Shown: piece by piece, positions 1-12,129 of the stretch
How positions within the stretch are numbered: the stretch's first letter is position 1
Layout of the letters: every line of letters starts with the position of its first letter
DNA from: Alphaproteobacteria bacterium
GTDB lineage: Bacteria; Pseudomonadota; Alphaproteobacteria; UBA8317
Assembly (NCBI GenBank): GCA_038131935.1
Contig: JAYPQH010000010.1
Coordinates: 1-64,000, forward strand
Direction: 5' to 3'
Length of the DNA: 64,000 bases
Program-made: the position numbers and the translations under genes
Notes under the pieces: generated by a model
The model's database searches: none
Told to the model about the DNA's origin: nothing
What the model saw: only the letters and a program-made list of their open reading frames with translations

Positions 1-534
1 ACAAGCCTCATTCCACTCATATTTTTGTGCTGTTGAAACCTTACTGGCCAACCAAGACCTTCCAATCCTGGAAACTCATCCAATTCTTGATGGGCCTTTT
101 GAATGTTTTCTTGAGTGGCAGGATTTATAAGCGCGGCCTTCATGGCGCCTTTATCTCGAATAAGTCCTGCAACTCTGCGGGTATCTACACCTGAAATGCC
201 AACAAGATTTTGGCTTCGCGCCCAACTATCTAGATCTTGTTTTGCTCTCCAATTTGATGTCGTTATGAAAGTCTCTCTGATGACAAATCCGTTCGCGTGA
301 GCCGTTTTTTGCTCATGGTCCTCATCGTTTGTGCCAACATTCCCGATATGTGGGTTCGTGAACGTAATGATTTGGCCTGAATATGATGGATCGGTTAACG
401 TTTTGGTAGCCCGTCATGGCGGTGTTAAAGCAAATTTCACCGACCACAACATTTTGAAGGCCTAACCCATAGCCATTGATCAATGTACCGTCCTCAAGAA
501 GTAATGCGGCTTTTTGATCTGTTTCCATACTCAT
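1..534 (-). CDS. carA: Carbamoyl-phosphate synthase small subunit, 5' part, runs off left edge; apparent frameshift near 400
   Basis: KAALLLEDG...[13 protein letters not shown], then in another frame [22 protein letters not shown] and [20 protein letters not shown]. Confidence 0.93.
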
Positions 535-933
535 GGGCTAAACCTTTCTTCGCGCGTTGGATCACTTCAGTGGAGCATGTATCGCACCAGTAACAACAAT
601 GGCAAGCTGATGATTATATTGATACCAAATTCTTTTTTGTTGCTACTATTGAAACCGCAAATAGATTTCAAATTTACTGGGAGGTGCATACAATAGGCTT
701 CGGTTGGGAAGGGTAAGATAAGTTGTTAGCCCACTAAAAATTTAAATTTACGCAGAGAATTCTATTTATTCTATAAAAATACTTGTGAGGAACCTTACTG
801 CCATGTGCAGTTACATCATCATTTATGGGTTGAATGAAAAACATTCCTACCTTGCAGATAACGAATTTTTGTGCGTATAGGGCGCGTTTATCACCAAAAT
901 AGTGGTGTATTTGTTTTGAATGAGGCAATATCC

Positions 934-1399
934 ATGGGTATGAGGACTCAATTTACAGAAGATATGAAGGCGGCTATGCGGTCTGGAGACAAACAGCGCC
1001 TAGCGACACTCCGGCTGATCATCGCTGCGGTGAAAGAGAAGGACATTTCTGCCCGAGGAGATGGCCAAGAGGATGGTATAAATGAAGATGAAATTCTTGC
1101 TGTCCTTACAAAAATGGTTAAGCAACGGGAGGAATCAGCAAAGGTCTATGACGAGGGTGGGCGTCCTGAAATGGCGGCGTCAGAACGGGCTGAAATGGAA
1201 ATCATACGGGGATATATGCCAGCCCCTCTTACAGAAGAGGAATTAAAGGCGGCTATCTCAAATGCTATCGCAGATGCAAATGCAACATGTTTAAAGGATA
1301 TGGGGCGCGTCATGGGCTTTGTTGAAGGAGCGTCACGCAGGACAGATTGATTTTGGCTCTGTTTCTCCAACAATCCGTACCCTTCTCCAGCAAGGGTAA
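934..1399 (+). CDS. GatB/YqeY domain protein; frameshift near 1320
   Basis: MKAAMRSGDKQRLATLRLI...KMVKQREES...GGRPEMA; C-terminus LKERHAGQIDFG continues in another frame to TAA at 1397-1399. Confidence 0.9.
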
Positions 1400-1455
1400 T
1401 TATTGACCCTATAAAACCTAACCAAAAGTTGTATTCTTTTCGTGAAGGGAGAGGG

Positions 1456-1662
1456 CTAACGTCTTTGCCGGTCTAATTCTCTTAAAAATTCAAAAAGGAT
1501 TATGCCTGCAATGAAAGGTATGCCGCCGCTAATAGCGCCGCCAATGATGAGAACGAACAGAGTAATTTCATCCCAAAGATATTTTTGAATTCCCCAATAA
1601 ATAATGTACATACTTACGAGTATGAGGGAGATGCTGACGACGTAAAGAATGTATCTAACCAT
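1456..1662 (-). CDS. Small hypothetical membrane protein (2 TM)
   Basis: 68-aa ATG ORF with two hydrophobic stretches and a basic C-terminus, filling an otherwise empty gap. Confidence 0.55.
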   Translation of the reverse strand: MVRYILYVVSISLILVSMYIIYWGIQKYLWDEITLFVLIIGGAISGGIPFIAGIILFEFLRELDRQRR

Positions 1663-1723
1663 GTTCGAATAAATACCCTATGTTGAAGCTATGGTACATG
1701 GGGTGGTGCAAAGGAAATGATAA

Positions 1724-2283
1724 TTGGAGAGCTACACCACGCAGCTTGCAACAGACCATCGATTTTTTATGCAGCAGCTTATAAGTTTTTATCGTAAGAA
1801 AAATGGTTTTATGCGCACCCCAACATTGGTGACCACAGAAGGTGATCAGCCATGTGCTCGAACGGTGGTACTTCGTGATATTTTGAAGAACAATTTATTT
1901 TTTTTACCGATGTTAGAAGCAAAAAGGTACAACAACTGCTTCATTGTCCAAAAGCTTGTTTGCACGGCTATGATCCACATAAGCAATTGCAATTGGTCGG
2001 ATACGGCGTTCTTGAAAAAATTTCGCATCATCCTCAATTGAAATCATGGCAACATCAGGCAAGCCAACGTTTGGAAGATTACATAGGTATAAAGCCGCCT
2101 GGGAGCTTGTTGGAACCTGGTGAAAAGCAAGCTTTTGAACGTCAATATGGAGAAAAAAATATTTGTATATTGGGATTTTCGCCCTACCGTTGGGATGTTC
2201 TACAATTGAATTCACCTCATCATCATCGGTTTCATTGGGTTTTAGAAAATGGCCAATGGATTTCAGAAAATCTTGCGCCATGA
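1724..2283 (+). CDS. Pyridoxamine 5'-phosphate oxidase-like FMN-binding protein; frameshift at T-run near 1900; start uncertain
   Basis: RTPTLVT...PCARTVVLR in the first frame; YDPHKQLQL...DVLQL...HHRFHW...WISENLAP in the second. Confidence 0.75.
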
Positions 2284-4080
2284 ATGAGGTTGCATTTGAT
2301 AGAGATTTTTAGACCGGCTAAGACAGCATGTTTCTATCAAGGAGATCATCGGTCGCGATGTTCAATGGGATACACGCAAATCAAATACAGCAAAGGGTGA
2401 GTATTGGGCATGTTGTCCATTTCATAGTGAAAAATCCCCAAGTTTTAAAATAGATGAAACGCTTGGGCGGTATTATTGTTTTGGTTGCCAACAAAAGGGC
2501 GATGTCATCTCTTACCTTACAGATCACGATCAATTAAGTTTCGTTGATGCAGTTTCAAGTTTGGCGGAAAAAGCAGGTATGGCTATGCCTGAGCAGGTCA
2601 TGCAAAAAGGTCCTCGTTTTGATGATCTCTATAAAGCATGTGAACTGGCAATGCAGTTTTTTCAAGCTGAGTTAAAAGGATCAGCTGCGAAACATGCTAG
2701 AATTTATTTGGTTCGCTCACGTGGTTTAGATCCAGATGTAGCAGCTCATTTTTCCATTGGATACGCGCCTTCTTCTGGTCGCGCTCTGGTAGAGTATCTT
2801 GTGGGTAAAGCTATATCATTAGAAGTTGCGGAAAAGGCTGGGTTAATCGCGCAACGTAAGCATGGCGACGGGTATTATGATCGTTTCCGTGATAGGGTAA
2901 TGTTTCCCATACATGATTTTCGTGGTCGTGTTGTGGCTTTTGGTGGTCGATTGATTTCGGGAGAGGGACCCAAATATATTAACTCCATAGAGACCCCCAT
3001 TTTCCATAAAAAAAATGTCCTGTATAATTTACATCGCGCACGTTCTGTAGCACGAGAAAAAATGCCAATTTTGGTTGTTGAAGGTTACACATGGACTGTG
3101 TAGCATTGCATCGCGCCGGGTTCCCTCGGGTTGTTGCTCCCATGGGTACAGCTATCGGTGATGAGCATTTGCAAGCGCTTTGGAAATTGGTTCCAAAACC
3201 CATTATATGCCTTGACGGTGATCGAGCAGGTCAAGCCGCTGCTGAGCGGTGGTGAACAGCAATTCCCTCAATTGGTGTTGATAGAACATTATCCTTTCTT
3301 GTTTCTTCCTTCAGGACAAGATCCCGACGATTTTTTGCGAGAAAATGGATCATCAGCTTTTGCAGCACTCATAGAAAACGCTCAATCACTCGCATCTTTC
3401 CTCTGGGATTTAGAACTGCAAAAAGAAGCATTGGAAACGCCTGAGGCAATAGCGGGGCTTCGACATAGATTGCGCCAAAGGGTGCAAAGCATTCCCAAAA
3501 GCTTGCGAAATGATTATGCCAAATTTTTCCATGAACGGTTGAGTCATGATCTTCTTCCTGTAAATCAACCAGCAGGCAAATATGTGGAGAACCCCAAAAA
3601 GCGAAAGCCTCCCCCGTGATCATTGGTCGCGAGGATTGTTTGATGGGAATGCTTATATTGAGACCTGATTGCTTCCAGGGGTTTGAGGAGGATATAGCAG
3701 AGCTGCCCATATTTACTGAGGGTGCTCAACGGTTGAAAAATGAAATATTGAGTTGGTTGATGGCTGTAAACTTTGACGACCCCCTTGACGGAGGAGCGCT
3801 TGCGGGGCATCTGAAAGGTTTGGGGCATAATCATGCTGTTCAAACAGCTCAAGCATCGGCAAAAGGCCTGATATCGGGTATAGAGACGTTGGAACCAGTA
3901 GATGTGCATGCCCATTGGAATGTTATCGCGACAAGGCAGCGTAAGCACGCGTTGTCAAAGCGCTTGGAGGAACTGCGTGCTGAATTTACGAAAGCGCCAT
4001 CTGAGGACATACTCGAAAAGATAAAACATGTGCGTGCCGATATGGCATTGTTGGACGGTGAAGATCGTCCGATGGCATAA
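2280..4080 (+). CDS. dnaG: DNA primase, reconstructed across about four frameshifts
   Basis: Zinc finger WACCPFHSEKSPSF...YYCFGC (about 2400-2490), YDRFRDRVMFPI, FGGR, PKYINS, VVEGY, APMGTA, LPSGQDPDD; directly upstream of rpoD; total about 600 codons if ORF 3616..4080 is the C-terminal domain. Confidence 0.92.
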
Positions 4081-4115
4081 ATATGCGACGGAACATTAGT
4101 TAGCTCGGGGTTGTG

Positions 4116-6014
4116 ATGAGCGAAGATACACAAGAAAATAAAGATGCCAAAGCCGGGGAATCCGATAGCGTTTCGCTGGATATGTCACAAGCGAAAGTGA
4201 AAAAGCTTCTCGCGAAGGCAAAAGAACGTGGCTATGTGACTTATGACGAAATCAATGCGGTCTTGCCTTCCAATGAGGTATCCTCTGAACAAATCGAAGA
4301 TGTGATGACCACGATGTCTGCAATGGGCATCAATGTTGTAGAAAATGAGGAAGAGGCTGAAGAGTCAGAGGCCGAGGAAGCTGTTGTCACGACCAAAGGA
4401 AAAGGCAAAGAAGGCGGCTATGACCGTACCGATGACCCTGTGCGAATGTATTTGCGTGAAATGGGTACAGTTGAGTTGCTGTCTCGTGAAGGTGAAATTG
4501 CAATTGCGAAGCGTATTGAGGCTGGCCGCAATGCGATGATTGGAGGTCTATGCGAATCTCCACTAACATTTGAAGCCATTACTGTTTGGCGAGATGAGTT
4601 GAACGAGGGAAAAGTTCTACTCAGAGAGATTATAGATCTTGATGCAACCTTCGGAAAGTCTGGTGATGGCATGGAGCCGGAGGTTGAAGAAAACGATGAA
4701 TTGGAGTCAGATGAGGACTTTGATGAAGATAATGGTGATGATGCTGACGAAGGAAACCTGTCATTATCTGCCATGGAAGAAGCTCTTAAGCCATCAATCT
4801 TAGAGACGTTTGAGAAAATTGCGTCAGATTATGTTGAGCTGCGAAAAATTCAGCAGAACAGAATTGAAGCAGCGTTAAGCAATCAAGATTTTGAAAAAAA
4901 GGCTGAGACCGATTACCAGAGACTTCGCTCTGAAGTTGTTGATTTGGTGAATTCGTTGCATTTGAATAACCAACGTATTGAGTCTTTAATACACCAGCTC
5001 TACTCCTTAAATCGTGAATTGACCTCTGCTGAAGGCCAGTTGATGCGATTGGCGGAAAAGCACAAAGTTGATCGCAAGTCGTTTCTTGATAATTATGTTG
5101 GTTCAGAACTTGAACCAGATTGGTGTGATCGCGTTTGTGAGATCAATGCAAAATGGAAGCGCTTTGTTGAGAAAGAAGGCGAGCAAGTTGAGAGCTTGCG
5201 TGATTTGGTCGGTCGTGTGGGGCAAAAATGTGGCTTGCAGATAGCTGAATTCAGGCAGATGGTTTCTGTGGTGCAAAGAGGAGAGCGCGAAGCTCGGCAA
5301 GCGAAGGAAGAAATGGTTGAAGCCAATCTTCGGTTGGTCATTTCTATCGCTAAAAAATATACAAACCGTGGATTGCAATTTTTGGATTTGATCCAAGAGG
5401 GAAATATTGGCCTCATGAAGGCTGTTGATAAGTTTGAGTACAGGCGTGGCTACAAATTTTCTACCTATGCAACATGGTGGATTCGACAGGCCATTACGCG
5501 CTCCATCGCAGATCAAGCAAGGACCATTCGCATCCCTGTTCATATGATTGAGACCATCAATAAGTTGGTTCGTACGTCCCGACAAATGCTTCATGAAATT
5601 GGAAGAGAGCCTACACCTGAGGAACTCTCAGAAAAATTGCAGATGCCACTTGAGAAAGTGCGTAAGGTAATGAAAATTGCGAAGGAGCCCGTATCTTTAG
5701 AGACACCTATTGGGGATGAGGATGATTCAAGTCTCGGTGACTTTATCGAAGATAAAAATGCTGTGTTACCTGTTGATTCAGCGGTCCAAGCGAATTTACG
5801 CGATACCACAACACGTGTCTTGGCATCATTAACGCCAAGGGAAGAGCGTGTTCTAAGAATGCGTTTTGGAATTGGTATGAACACAGATCATACGCTTGAA
5901 GAGGTGGGGCAACAGTTCTCTGTGACCAGAGAACGCATTCGGCAAATCGAAGCAAAAGCCTTGCGAAAACTAAAACATCCTAGCCGCTCAAGAAAAATGC
6001 GAAGTTTCCTTTGA
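4116..6014 (+). CDS. rpoD: RNA polymerase primary sigma factor sigma-70
   Basis: [68 protein letters not shown]. Confidence 0.99.
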   Translation: MSEDTQENKDAKAGESDSVSLDMSQAKVKKLLAKAKERGYVTYDEINAVLPSNEVSSEQIEDVMTTMSAMGINVVENEEEAEESEAEEAVVTTKGKGKEGGYDRTDDPVRMYLREMGTVELLSREGEIAIAKRIEAGRNAMIGGLCESPLTFEAITVWRDELNEGKVLLREIIDLDATFGKSGDGMEPEVEENDELESDEDFDEDNGDDADEGNLSLSAMEEALKPSILETFEKIASDYVELRKIQQNRIEAALSNQDFEKKAETDYQRLRSEVVDLVNSLHLNNQRIESLIHQLYSLNRELTSAEGQLMRLAEKHKVDRKSFLDNYVGSELEPDWCDRVCEINAKWKRFVEKEGEQVESLRDLVGRVGQKCGLQIAEFRQMVSVVQRGEREARQAKEEMVEANLRLVISIAKKYTNRGLQFLDLIQEGNIGLMKAVDKFEYRRGYKFSTYATWWIRQAITRSIADQARTIRIPVHMIETINKLVRTSRQMLHEIGREPTPEELSEKLQMPLEKVRKVMKIAKEPVSLETPIGDEDDSSLGDFIEDKNAVLPVDSAVQANLRDTTTRVLASLTPREERVLRMRFGIGMNTDHTLEEVGQQFSVTRERIRQIEAKALRKLKHPSRSRKMRSFL

Positions 6015-6049
6015 AAATACTTAAATAACTTTGTTAAGAGAGAGGCTTG

Positions 6050-6126
6050 GGGCCTGTAGCTCAATTGGTTAGAGCCGACCGCTCATAACGGTCTGGTTGG
6101 GGGTTCGAGTCCCTCCGGGCCCACCA
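6050..6126 (+). tRNA. tRNA with CAT anticodon, most likely tRNA-Ile2 (lysidine) rather than tRNA-Met
   Basis: Acceptor GGGCCTG/CGGGCCC, D arm TAGCTCAATTGGTTAGAGC, anticodon arm GACCG-CTCATAA-CGGTC, T loop GTTCGAGT, encoded CCA. Confidence 0.95.
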
Positions 6127-6411
6127 TACCCTCCAATAAGTTTATTTCTTTTCATGATTAAAAGAGTTTGTTTTTTCTTCCTTTTTGATTCAATTGCCAC
6201 CACTTCCCCTATCAAGATATTGAACTTTTTAAAAAGCTCGTTTGAACCGCTGCTCAAGACATTATGATCCTACAAATGGAGATCTTTTGTAGATGTTCTT
6301 TGCGGCTTTACCATGTCTCATCGCGTTGTGCTGGAAGACTCAAAGGTTGACGATTACCTACTTGGTAAATTTCCATGATCTGTCAAAATTACCTACCCTC
6401 AGATCATTCTA

Positions 6412-7023
6412 TCAAACGCTGCGTATACCACCGATTTTTGTAAGAAGTTCGATAATATCTTGTGTTCCGGATGAGTTTTTCAAATTTGTGGGAACAATAT
6501 GTCCTTGGGGCCTCTGTCGGTTTGCATCTGACAGCATAACATCCAAATTGACATCTACAAAAGGTGCTAGGTCTGTTTTATTTATGACCAAAATATCTGA
6601 TTTTGTAATGCCTAGGCCACCCTTTCTCGGGATTTCTTCACCCATGCATACAGAAATCACATAAATAGTCATGTCTGCCAGTTCTGGGCTAAAGGTGGCT
6701 GCTAAATTGTCGCCACCACTTTCAATCAGAATCAATTCTAGATCCTTATGTGTTGTTTGTAAGTCATGCACCGCAGCTAAATTAATGGAAGCGTCTTCCC
6801 TGATTGCGGTATGAGGACATCCTCCCGTTTCTACACCGCGGATTCGGTCACGGGGTAGGGCTTGGACACGCATCAAATAGTCGGCATCTTCACGGGTATA
6901 TATATCATTTGTGATAACTGCCATATTAATATGAGGATGAAGTGCACGACAGAGGGCTTCTGTTAATGAAGTCTTACCTGCTCCAACAGGCCCGCCGATT
7001 CCAACGCGAAGTGGTCCATTCAT
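6412..7023 (-). CDS. ureG: Urease accessory GTPase
   Basis: [10 protein letters not shown]-loop, ETGGCPH, ESGGDNL, NKTDLA. Confidence 0.98.
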   Translation of the reverse strand: MNGPLRVGIGGPVGAGKTSLTEALCRALHPHINMAVITNDIYTREDADYLMRVQALPRDRIRGVETGGCPHTAIREDASINLAAVHDLQTTHKDLELILIESGGDNLAATFSPELADMTIYVISVCMGEEIPRKGGLGITKSDILVINKTDLAPFVDVNLDVMLSDANRQRPQGHIVPTNLKNSSGTQDIIELLTKIGGIRSV

Positions 7024-7659
7024 GTTATACAAATCCTTGTTTTGGCTGAATGATGTCTCATTGCGCAAATTTCTGAGAGCAATCCACAGCTTGTGAGTTG
7101 GTCAAGGTCCGCTTGTTTTGACCGTTGAACCAGTTGTTCCATTACAGGAAAAAAGAGAGTGGAGTATAATTTGTCCATCGGTTTGACCAATTGGAACAAG
7201 TCTTATGCCAATTGAGATCCAATTGCTTATGATACTGTGAAGATAGGCCGAACTTACCCGGTCGATATCAAGATTCAAACGCTTGATATATGTCCAACAA
7301 CAACGGGTAACGGGCTAAGTGACGTGAATTCCATAGATTTTATTGATGTTATGGGCGAATGCGAAACCTTGATCTTCCGTCTCTTTTCTTCTTGATTGAG
7401 ATGAAGCCAGTGCCACGGCGAGGTCTTTTGTGTCTTGTCCAAAGTAACTCGCGCGCAAAAGAAGCAAATCGTTCCAACTACTACCTTGCTCAACAAGGTT
7501 ATGAAGGTATTGTTTGAACGTATCGCAGTCAGCAATCAAATGATCTTTGATGGCCTGCTCAATCCCATGGCTAAAGGCAAATGCACCCGTTGGAAATGTT
7601 CCTGAAAACATTGCCAGAATTTGATGTAGGGGCATGTCAGTGGCTGTGTTTGTGATCAT
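7020..7659 (-). CDS. ureF: Urease accessory protein; several frameshifts; start uncertain
   Basis: [17 protein letters not shown]-terminus; [12 protein letters not shown] and AMRH...TRI C-terminus in other frames; stop overlaps the ureG ATG. Confidence 0.88.
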
Positions 7660-8092
7660 GAGTTCGTCCATGGCCATATGCACCTCCTTCCGGGTCAAAC
7701 GGTGCGGATACCTCTTCAACTTCACCACCGAGTAATTTTAGCATCTCGGCGATGACATGATCATGTCTGATCAACAAATGACCGTCCTTTACAGAACATG
7801 GCAGGTGGCGATTGCCGATATGCCAAGCAAGTTTGGCAAGATGCTGGCTGTCATGGGCAACCACCTTGAGCAATTTTTCTTCAGCTGCGATTACCAGTAA
7901 TCTTCGGCCATCTTCCAAAACGAGGCTATCACCTGGCTGAATATGCGTTGTTTTTTCAAGGTCAAGCAGAAAAGACATACCCTCATTAGAGCGCATAACG
8001 CGCCTGCGTTGAAAGCGTCCATCATAATCCAGGGTCACTGTTCCCATATGTTCGGAATTACCTGGCGCTATTTTTATGGCACGAATAAGCAT
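7637..8092 (-). CDS. ureE: Urease nickel metallochaperone
   Basis: LAWHIGNRHLP, PFDPEGGAYGH, His-rich tail [11 protein letters not shown]. Confidence 0.96.
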   Translation of the reverse strand: MLIRAIKIAPGNSEHMGTVTLDYDGRFQRRRVMRSNEGMSFLLDLEKTTHIQPGDSLVLEDGRRLLVIAAEEKLLKVVAHDSQHLAKLAWHIGNRHLPCSVKDGHLLIRHDHVIAEMLKLLGGEVEEVSAPFDPEGGAYGHGRTHDHKHSH

Positions 8093-8093
8093 G

Positions 8094-9806
8094 TCAGTAT
8101 AAGAAATATCGTTGTGCCATGGGTAGTTCCTCCGCAGGCTCGCAAGTGAGTAATATTCCATCAGCGCGGACCTCATATGTTTCGGGGTCCACTTCAATGA
8201 AGGGGCGATAATTATTCAACAACATGGAGTCCTTACCTTGCTGCCGGATGTTTTCTACTGCCAAGACTTGTTTTGACAAACCTAATGTTTCTTTAACGCC
8301 AGCTTCAATACTCGCTTTTGAAACAAAAGTGATGGCGTTACGGTTTGCAGGGTGCCTGTGAGCCCCAAACATGGGTCTTGTATAGACAGGTTGTGGTGTT
8401 GGAATGGAGGCATTAGGATCGCCCATTTGAGCTGCAGCAATCATACCACCCAGCAGAACCATCTCCGGTTTTACGCCAAAAAATGCAGGATCCCATATCA
8501 CAATATCAGCTCTTTTCCCTACCTCAATGGAGCCAATATGGTGAGCCATTCCATGGGCGATGGCAGGGTTGATGGTGTATTTAGCCAGGTAACGTTTAAC
8601 CCTTAGATTGTCGTTGTTTCCAATTTCTTCAGGAAGCCTGCCACGTTGTACTTTCATTTTATGTGCAGTTTGCCATGTTCTGATGATGACTTCACCCACA
8701 CGCCCCATGGCTTGAGAGTCCGACGCAATAATTGAAAACGCTCCCAGATCATGAAGGATATCTTCAGCGGCAATCGTTTCCTTTCTTATTCGACTCTCGG
8801 CAAACGCTATATCTTCTGGGATGCTGCGGTCTAAGTGATGGCATACCATCAACATATCCAAATGTTCTTCGAGGGTGTTTCGCGTGTAAGGTCGTGTGGG
8901 ATTGGTAGATGATGGAATGACGTGAGCGGCTCCACAAACTTTGATGATGTCAGGTGCATGCCCACCTCCAGCTCCTTCTGTGTGGAAGGCATGAATGCTC
9001 CGTCCTGCTATGGCGGCGAGTGTATCTTCAACAAATCCACTCTCGTTAAGTGTATCTGTATGAATCATGACTTGGATATCATGTTCTTCAGCCACATTAA
9101 GGCAATTGTCGATGGCTGCTGGTGTTGTTCCCCAGTCTTCATGCAATTTTAATGCGGCAACCCCTGCCAGTACTTGTTCTTGTAGGGGATCCGGCCGTGA
9201 GGCATTTCCTTTGCCTGCCAATGCGATATTCATAGGTATGTCATCGAATGATGATAACATTTGACCAATATGCCATGGTCCTGGTGTGCATGTTGTGGCA
9301 AGGCTTCCATGTGCTGGGCCGGTTCCTCCACCAAGCATCGTGGTGATGCCCGAATGCAGAGCTTCATCAATTTGCTGTGGGCATATCCAATGTATGTGAC
9401 TATCAAAACCACCAGCTGTAATGATTTTCCCTTCACCCGCAATGACCTCTGTTCCCGGTCCAACAATGACATCAACATGCGGTTGTGTATCAGGATTTCC
9501 AGCTTTACCTATTGCAGCTATATTCCCGTTTTTTAGCCCAATATCCGCTTTGTAAATCCCACTCACGTCAACAATAAGTGCATTGGTGATAACTGTGTCC
9601 ATAGCCCCTTCAGAACGAGTATGTTGAGATTGTCCCATCCCATCGCGCAACACTTTGCCACCACCAAACTTTGCCTCTTCACCATAGGTCGTAAAATCCC
9701 GTTCTACTTCGATAACAAGGTCTGTATCAGCAAGTCTCACCCGGTCACCTGTTGTTGGACCATACATAGCTGCGTAAGCTTCTCTAGAGATCAATCTTGG
9801 CATCAA
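8094..9806 (-). CDS. ureC: Urease alpha subunit
   Basis: [45 protein letters not shown]. Confidence 0.99.
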   Translation of the reverse strand: MMPRLISREAYAAMYGPTTGDRVRLADTDLVIEVERDFTTYGEEAKFGGGKVLRDGMGQSQHTRSEGAMDTVITNALIVDVSGIYKADIGLKNGNIAAIGKAGNPDTQPHVDVIVGPGTEVIAGEGKIITAGGFDSHIHWICPQQIDEALHSGITTMLGGGTGPAHGSLATTCTPGPWHIGQMLSSFDDIPMNIALAGKGNASRPDPLQEQVLAGVAALKLHEDWGTTPAAIDNCLNVAEEHDIQVMIHTDTLNESGFVEDTLAAIAGRSIHAFHTEGAGGGHAPDIIKVCGAAHVIPSSTNPTRPYTRNTLEEHLDMLMVCHHLDRSIPEDIAFAESRIRKETIAAEDILHDLGAFSIIASDSQAMGRVGEVIIRTWQTAHKMKVQRGRLPEEIGNNDNLRVKRYLAKYTINPAIAHGMAHHIGSIEVGKRADIVIWDPAFFGVKPEMVLLGGMIAAAQMGDPNASIPTPQPVYTRPMFGAHRHPANRNAITFVSKASIEAGVKETLGLSKQVLAVENIRQQGKDSMLLNNYRPFIEVDPETYEVRADGILLTCEPAEELPMAQRYFLY

Positions 9807-10111
9807 AGTGCTCCCATAATATGCTTGCGAAATCCATAGACTCGCCGAGAACCCTGATACGGTATCAGCGTCACCTCTTTTGTTTGTCCCGGCTCAAATC
9901 GGACAGCCGTACCCGAGGGAATATCTAGGCGCATGCCGCGGGCCATGGTGCGGTCAAAAGACAGGGCTTCATTCGTCTCAGCGAAGTGATAATGACTTCC
10001 TACTTGGATTGGACGATCACCTTTGTTGGCGACAAGCATGTTCATGCTTTCCAATCCCGCATTGAGGTTGATATCGCCTTTAGAGCTTACCATTATTTCA
10101 CCGGGTTTCAT
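9803..10111 (-). CDS. ureB: Urease beta subunit
   Basis: [28 protein letters not shown]. Confidence 0.98.
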   Translation of the reverse strand: MKPGEIMVSSKGDINLNAGLESMNMLVANKGDRPIQVGSHYHFAETNEALSFDRTMARGMRLDIPSGTAVRFEPGQTKEVTLIPYQGSRRVYGFRKHIMGAL

Positions 10112-10260
10112 TTTTTCATCCTGTAAATCAAATAACCAAAAATCATGGAGATGATGACCAATAAAAAGAGCGTATCAATGCCATGGGGATGAGGGTGCTG
10201 GCCCTGATGTGCATAGGCGAAAACCGGTAGGAAAAATAAAATAGCAATATATTTCATCAT
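10108..10260 (-). CDS. 50-aa His-rich membrane mini-protein inside the urease operon
   Basis: [50 protein letters not shown]; AAGGA RBS, starts right after the ureA stop, stop overlaps the ureB ATG. Confidence 0.75.
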   Translation of the reverse strand: MMKYIAILFFLPVFAYAHQGQHPHPHGIDTLFLLVIISMIFGYLIYRMKK

Positions 10261-10261
10261 G

Positions 10262-10582
10262 TTATCCTTTCTCTGATGTAGGGCGTATGGGATGATGGAC
10301 AGTGACGAGCTTCGTGCCGTCTGGAAATGTTGCTTCAATTTGAACATCTTCAATCATATCAGGAATACCCGCCATGCATTGCTCAGCCGTGATGACCTTC
10401 CCGCCAAGTTGCATCAATTCAGCGACTGTTTTGCCATCTCTGGCACCTTCAAGAACAAAATCACTGATCAAAGCTATGGCTTCGGGATAATTAAGTTTTA
10501 CGCCTCGCTCGAGTCTGTTGCGCGCTACGATTGCGGCAAGACTAATAAAAAGTTTTTCTTTTTCACGGTTTGTCAGTTTCAT
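10262..10582 (-). CDS. ureA: Urease gamma subunit
   Basis: [33 protein letters not shown]. Confidence 0.98.
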   Translation of the reverse strand: MKLTNREKEKLFISLAAIVARNRLERGVKLNYPEAIALISDFVLEGARDGKTVAELMQLGGKVITAEQCMAGIPDMIEDVQIEATFPDGTKLVTVHHPIRPTSEKG

Positions 10583-10588
10583 ATTGCC

Positions 10589-11416
10589 TCACATAAGCCA
10601 TACAGGGGGAGGTGGGGATTGGGTAAAAATGGGGATCAATCGCAACAAGGTTTTGCGCATGTCATAGCTGTCATTTGCGACCAAACGAACCACGATCATG
10701 TCATCGAACAGGCTGTAACCAGCAAATATTTTTTCGGTGGTTAAGGTTTCTTCAATTTGGCATCCTAAACTTTCTGCGTTGGGCGACACGAACAAGATAT
10801 TTGCAAAAGCATTTGCCGTGCCCAAGCTTGCTGCCCCTCGCTGTTTTGTAATATCTGTGACACCGAAATTTTCTGCAAAACACAGCTGGCCATCTCTATA
10901 AAGGCGCCAACGATCATGAAGGAGTGCTTCATCAATCACTTCCCCCATGGCCATTCTGCCTAAGACTAATGGTTCTATCATGAGGAATGTTGAGGTTGAC
11001 GACATATGTATTTCAAACTGCCGTTTTAATTTGGCTTGGTTAAATAAAATAGTTTCTTGCGCAAGCCAAAAGAAAGAAGCCATCTCTGCAAGGTCAAAGT
11101 AATACTGACTTTGTCCAAATTCCTCATCCGAGCGATAAATACGTTCCGCTGTTTGAGTGGATAGAGAAACATGAGCCATTGGTTCTAAGCCTACATGAAC
11201 AGATAGTTTATCACCACCTGCAATTCCTCCCGCAGTGTTAAGCAAAATCGCATCTATTGATGGCTTGTCTGACTTAGGCAGCATCATTTTTAGACACCCT
11301 TTTTGAAACAAATCAGAGATGTGGGTGTGGCTATCTTTTGAAAAGAAACGACTTTGAATGGCGCCATCTGCGCGTTGTAACTTTTCTTTGGGGGAAATAT
11401 TTCTTGTGACGAACAT
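10589..11416 (-). CDS. ureD: Urease accessory protein
   Basis: LLNTAGGIAGGD, TQTAERIYRS, QETILF, LGRMAMGE. Confidence 0.95.
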   Translation of the reverse strand: MFVTRNISPKEKLQRADGAIQSRFFSKDSHTHISDLFQKGCLKMMLPKSDKPSIDAILLNTAGGIAGGDKLSVHVGLEPMAHVSLSTQTAERIYRSDEEFGQSQYYFDLAEMASFFWLAQETILFNQAKLKRQFEIHMSSTSTFLMIEPLVLGRMAMGEVIDEALLHDRWRLYRDGQLCFAENFGVTDITKQRGAASLGTANAFANILFVSPNAESLGCQIEETLTTEKIFAGYSLFDDMIVVRLVANDSYDMRKTLLRLIPIFTQSPPPPVWLM

Positions 11417-11428
11417 CAGGCCCTGCCT

Positions 11429-12127
11429 CTACACGGCCAACTTGGAACGAACAGCATTTTTTGACAGGGAGCATTTTGCCCCTTGAAGGATGATTTCACC
11501 CCGTTCCATGACATAAATATGATCTGCAAGACGGTACGCAAAATCAAAATATTGTTCGACAAGAAGAATGGCCATTTGCCCCTGGTCGCGCAGATATCCA
11601 ATCACACGGCCTATTTGTTGAATAATGTTTGGCTGAATTCCCTCAGTCGGCTCATCCAAAAGTAGCGCCTTAGGTCGCGTGATCAACGCTCTGGCAATAG
11701 CCAGTTGCTGTTGTTGCCCTCCTGAAAGGTCACCCCCACGTCGGGACTCCATTTCTTTTAATACGGGAAAAAGTTCAAAAATCTCATCTTCAATCATTCG
11801 GTGTTTTTTTTCCAAACAAGAGAAGCCACTCTCCAGATTTTCACGAACGGTGAGTAGTGGAAATATGTCACGTCCTTGTGGTACATAGCCAACACCTTTG
11901 CGTGCCAGAAAATAGGATGGTGTGCGGGGAAGAATATCTTGGCCGTTAAAATGATATCGACCTGCGGTATGACTGTGTGTTCCTGATAAAACCTTAAGAA
12001 GGGATGTCTTTCCAACTCCATTCACACCCATGAGACAGGTTATTTTTCCTTTTGGGGCCTTCAACCCCACGCCGTGCAGAATTTGGCTCTGTCCATAATG
12101 AAGGGTTATGTCCTGACAATCGATCAT
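11429..12127 (-). CDS. urtE: Urea ABC transporter ATPase
   Basis: GVNGVGKT, GYVPQGRDIF, LSGGQQQQLAIARAL, DEPTEGIQP. Confidence 0.95.
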   Translation of the reverse strand: MIDCQDITLHYGQSQILHGVGLKAPKGKITCLMGVNGVGKTSLLKVLSGTHSHTAGRYHFNGQDILPRTPSYFLARKGVGYVPQGRDIFPLLTVRENLESGFSCLEKKHRMIEDEIFELFPVLKEMESRRGGDLSGGQQQQLAIARALITRPKALLLDEPTEGIQPNIIQQIGRVIGYLRDQGQMAILLVEQYFDFAYRLADHIYVMERGEIILQGAKCSLSKNAVRSKLAV

Positions 12128-12129
12128 AT

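Noticed and set aside
3616-4080. Separate hypothetical gene between dnaG and rpoD
   Set aside because: The break falls at A/C homopolymers and the joined length of about 600 aa fits full-length DnaG, so it is more likely the primase C-terminal domain
6069-6257. 62-aa minus-strand ORF (GGPGGTRTPNQTVMSGRL)
   Set aside because: Antisense translation of the tRNA, a common spurious ORF
6127-6411. Attachment site or integrase remnant after the tRNA
   Set aside because: No duplicated tRNA 3' end or integrase-like ORF was seen in the window
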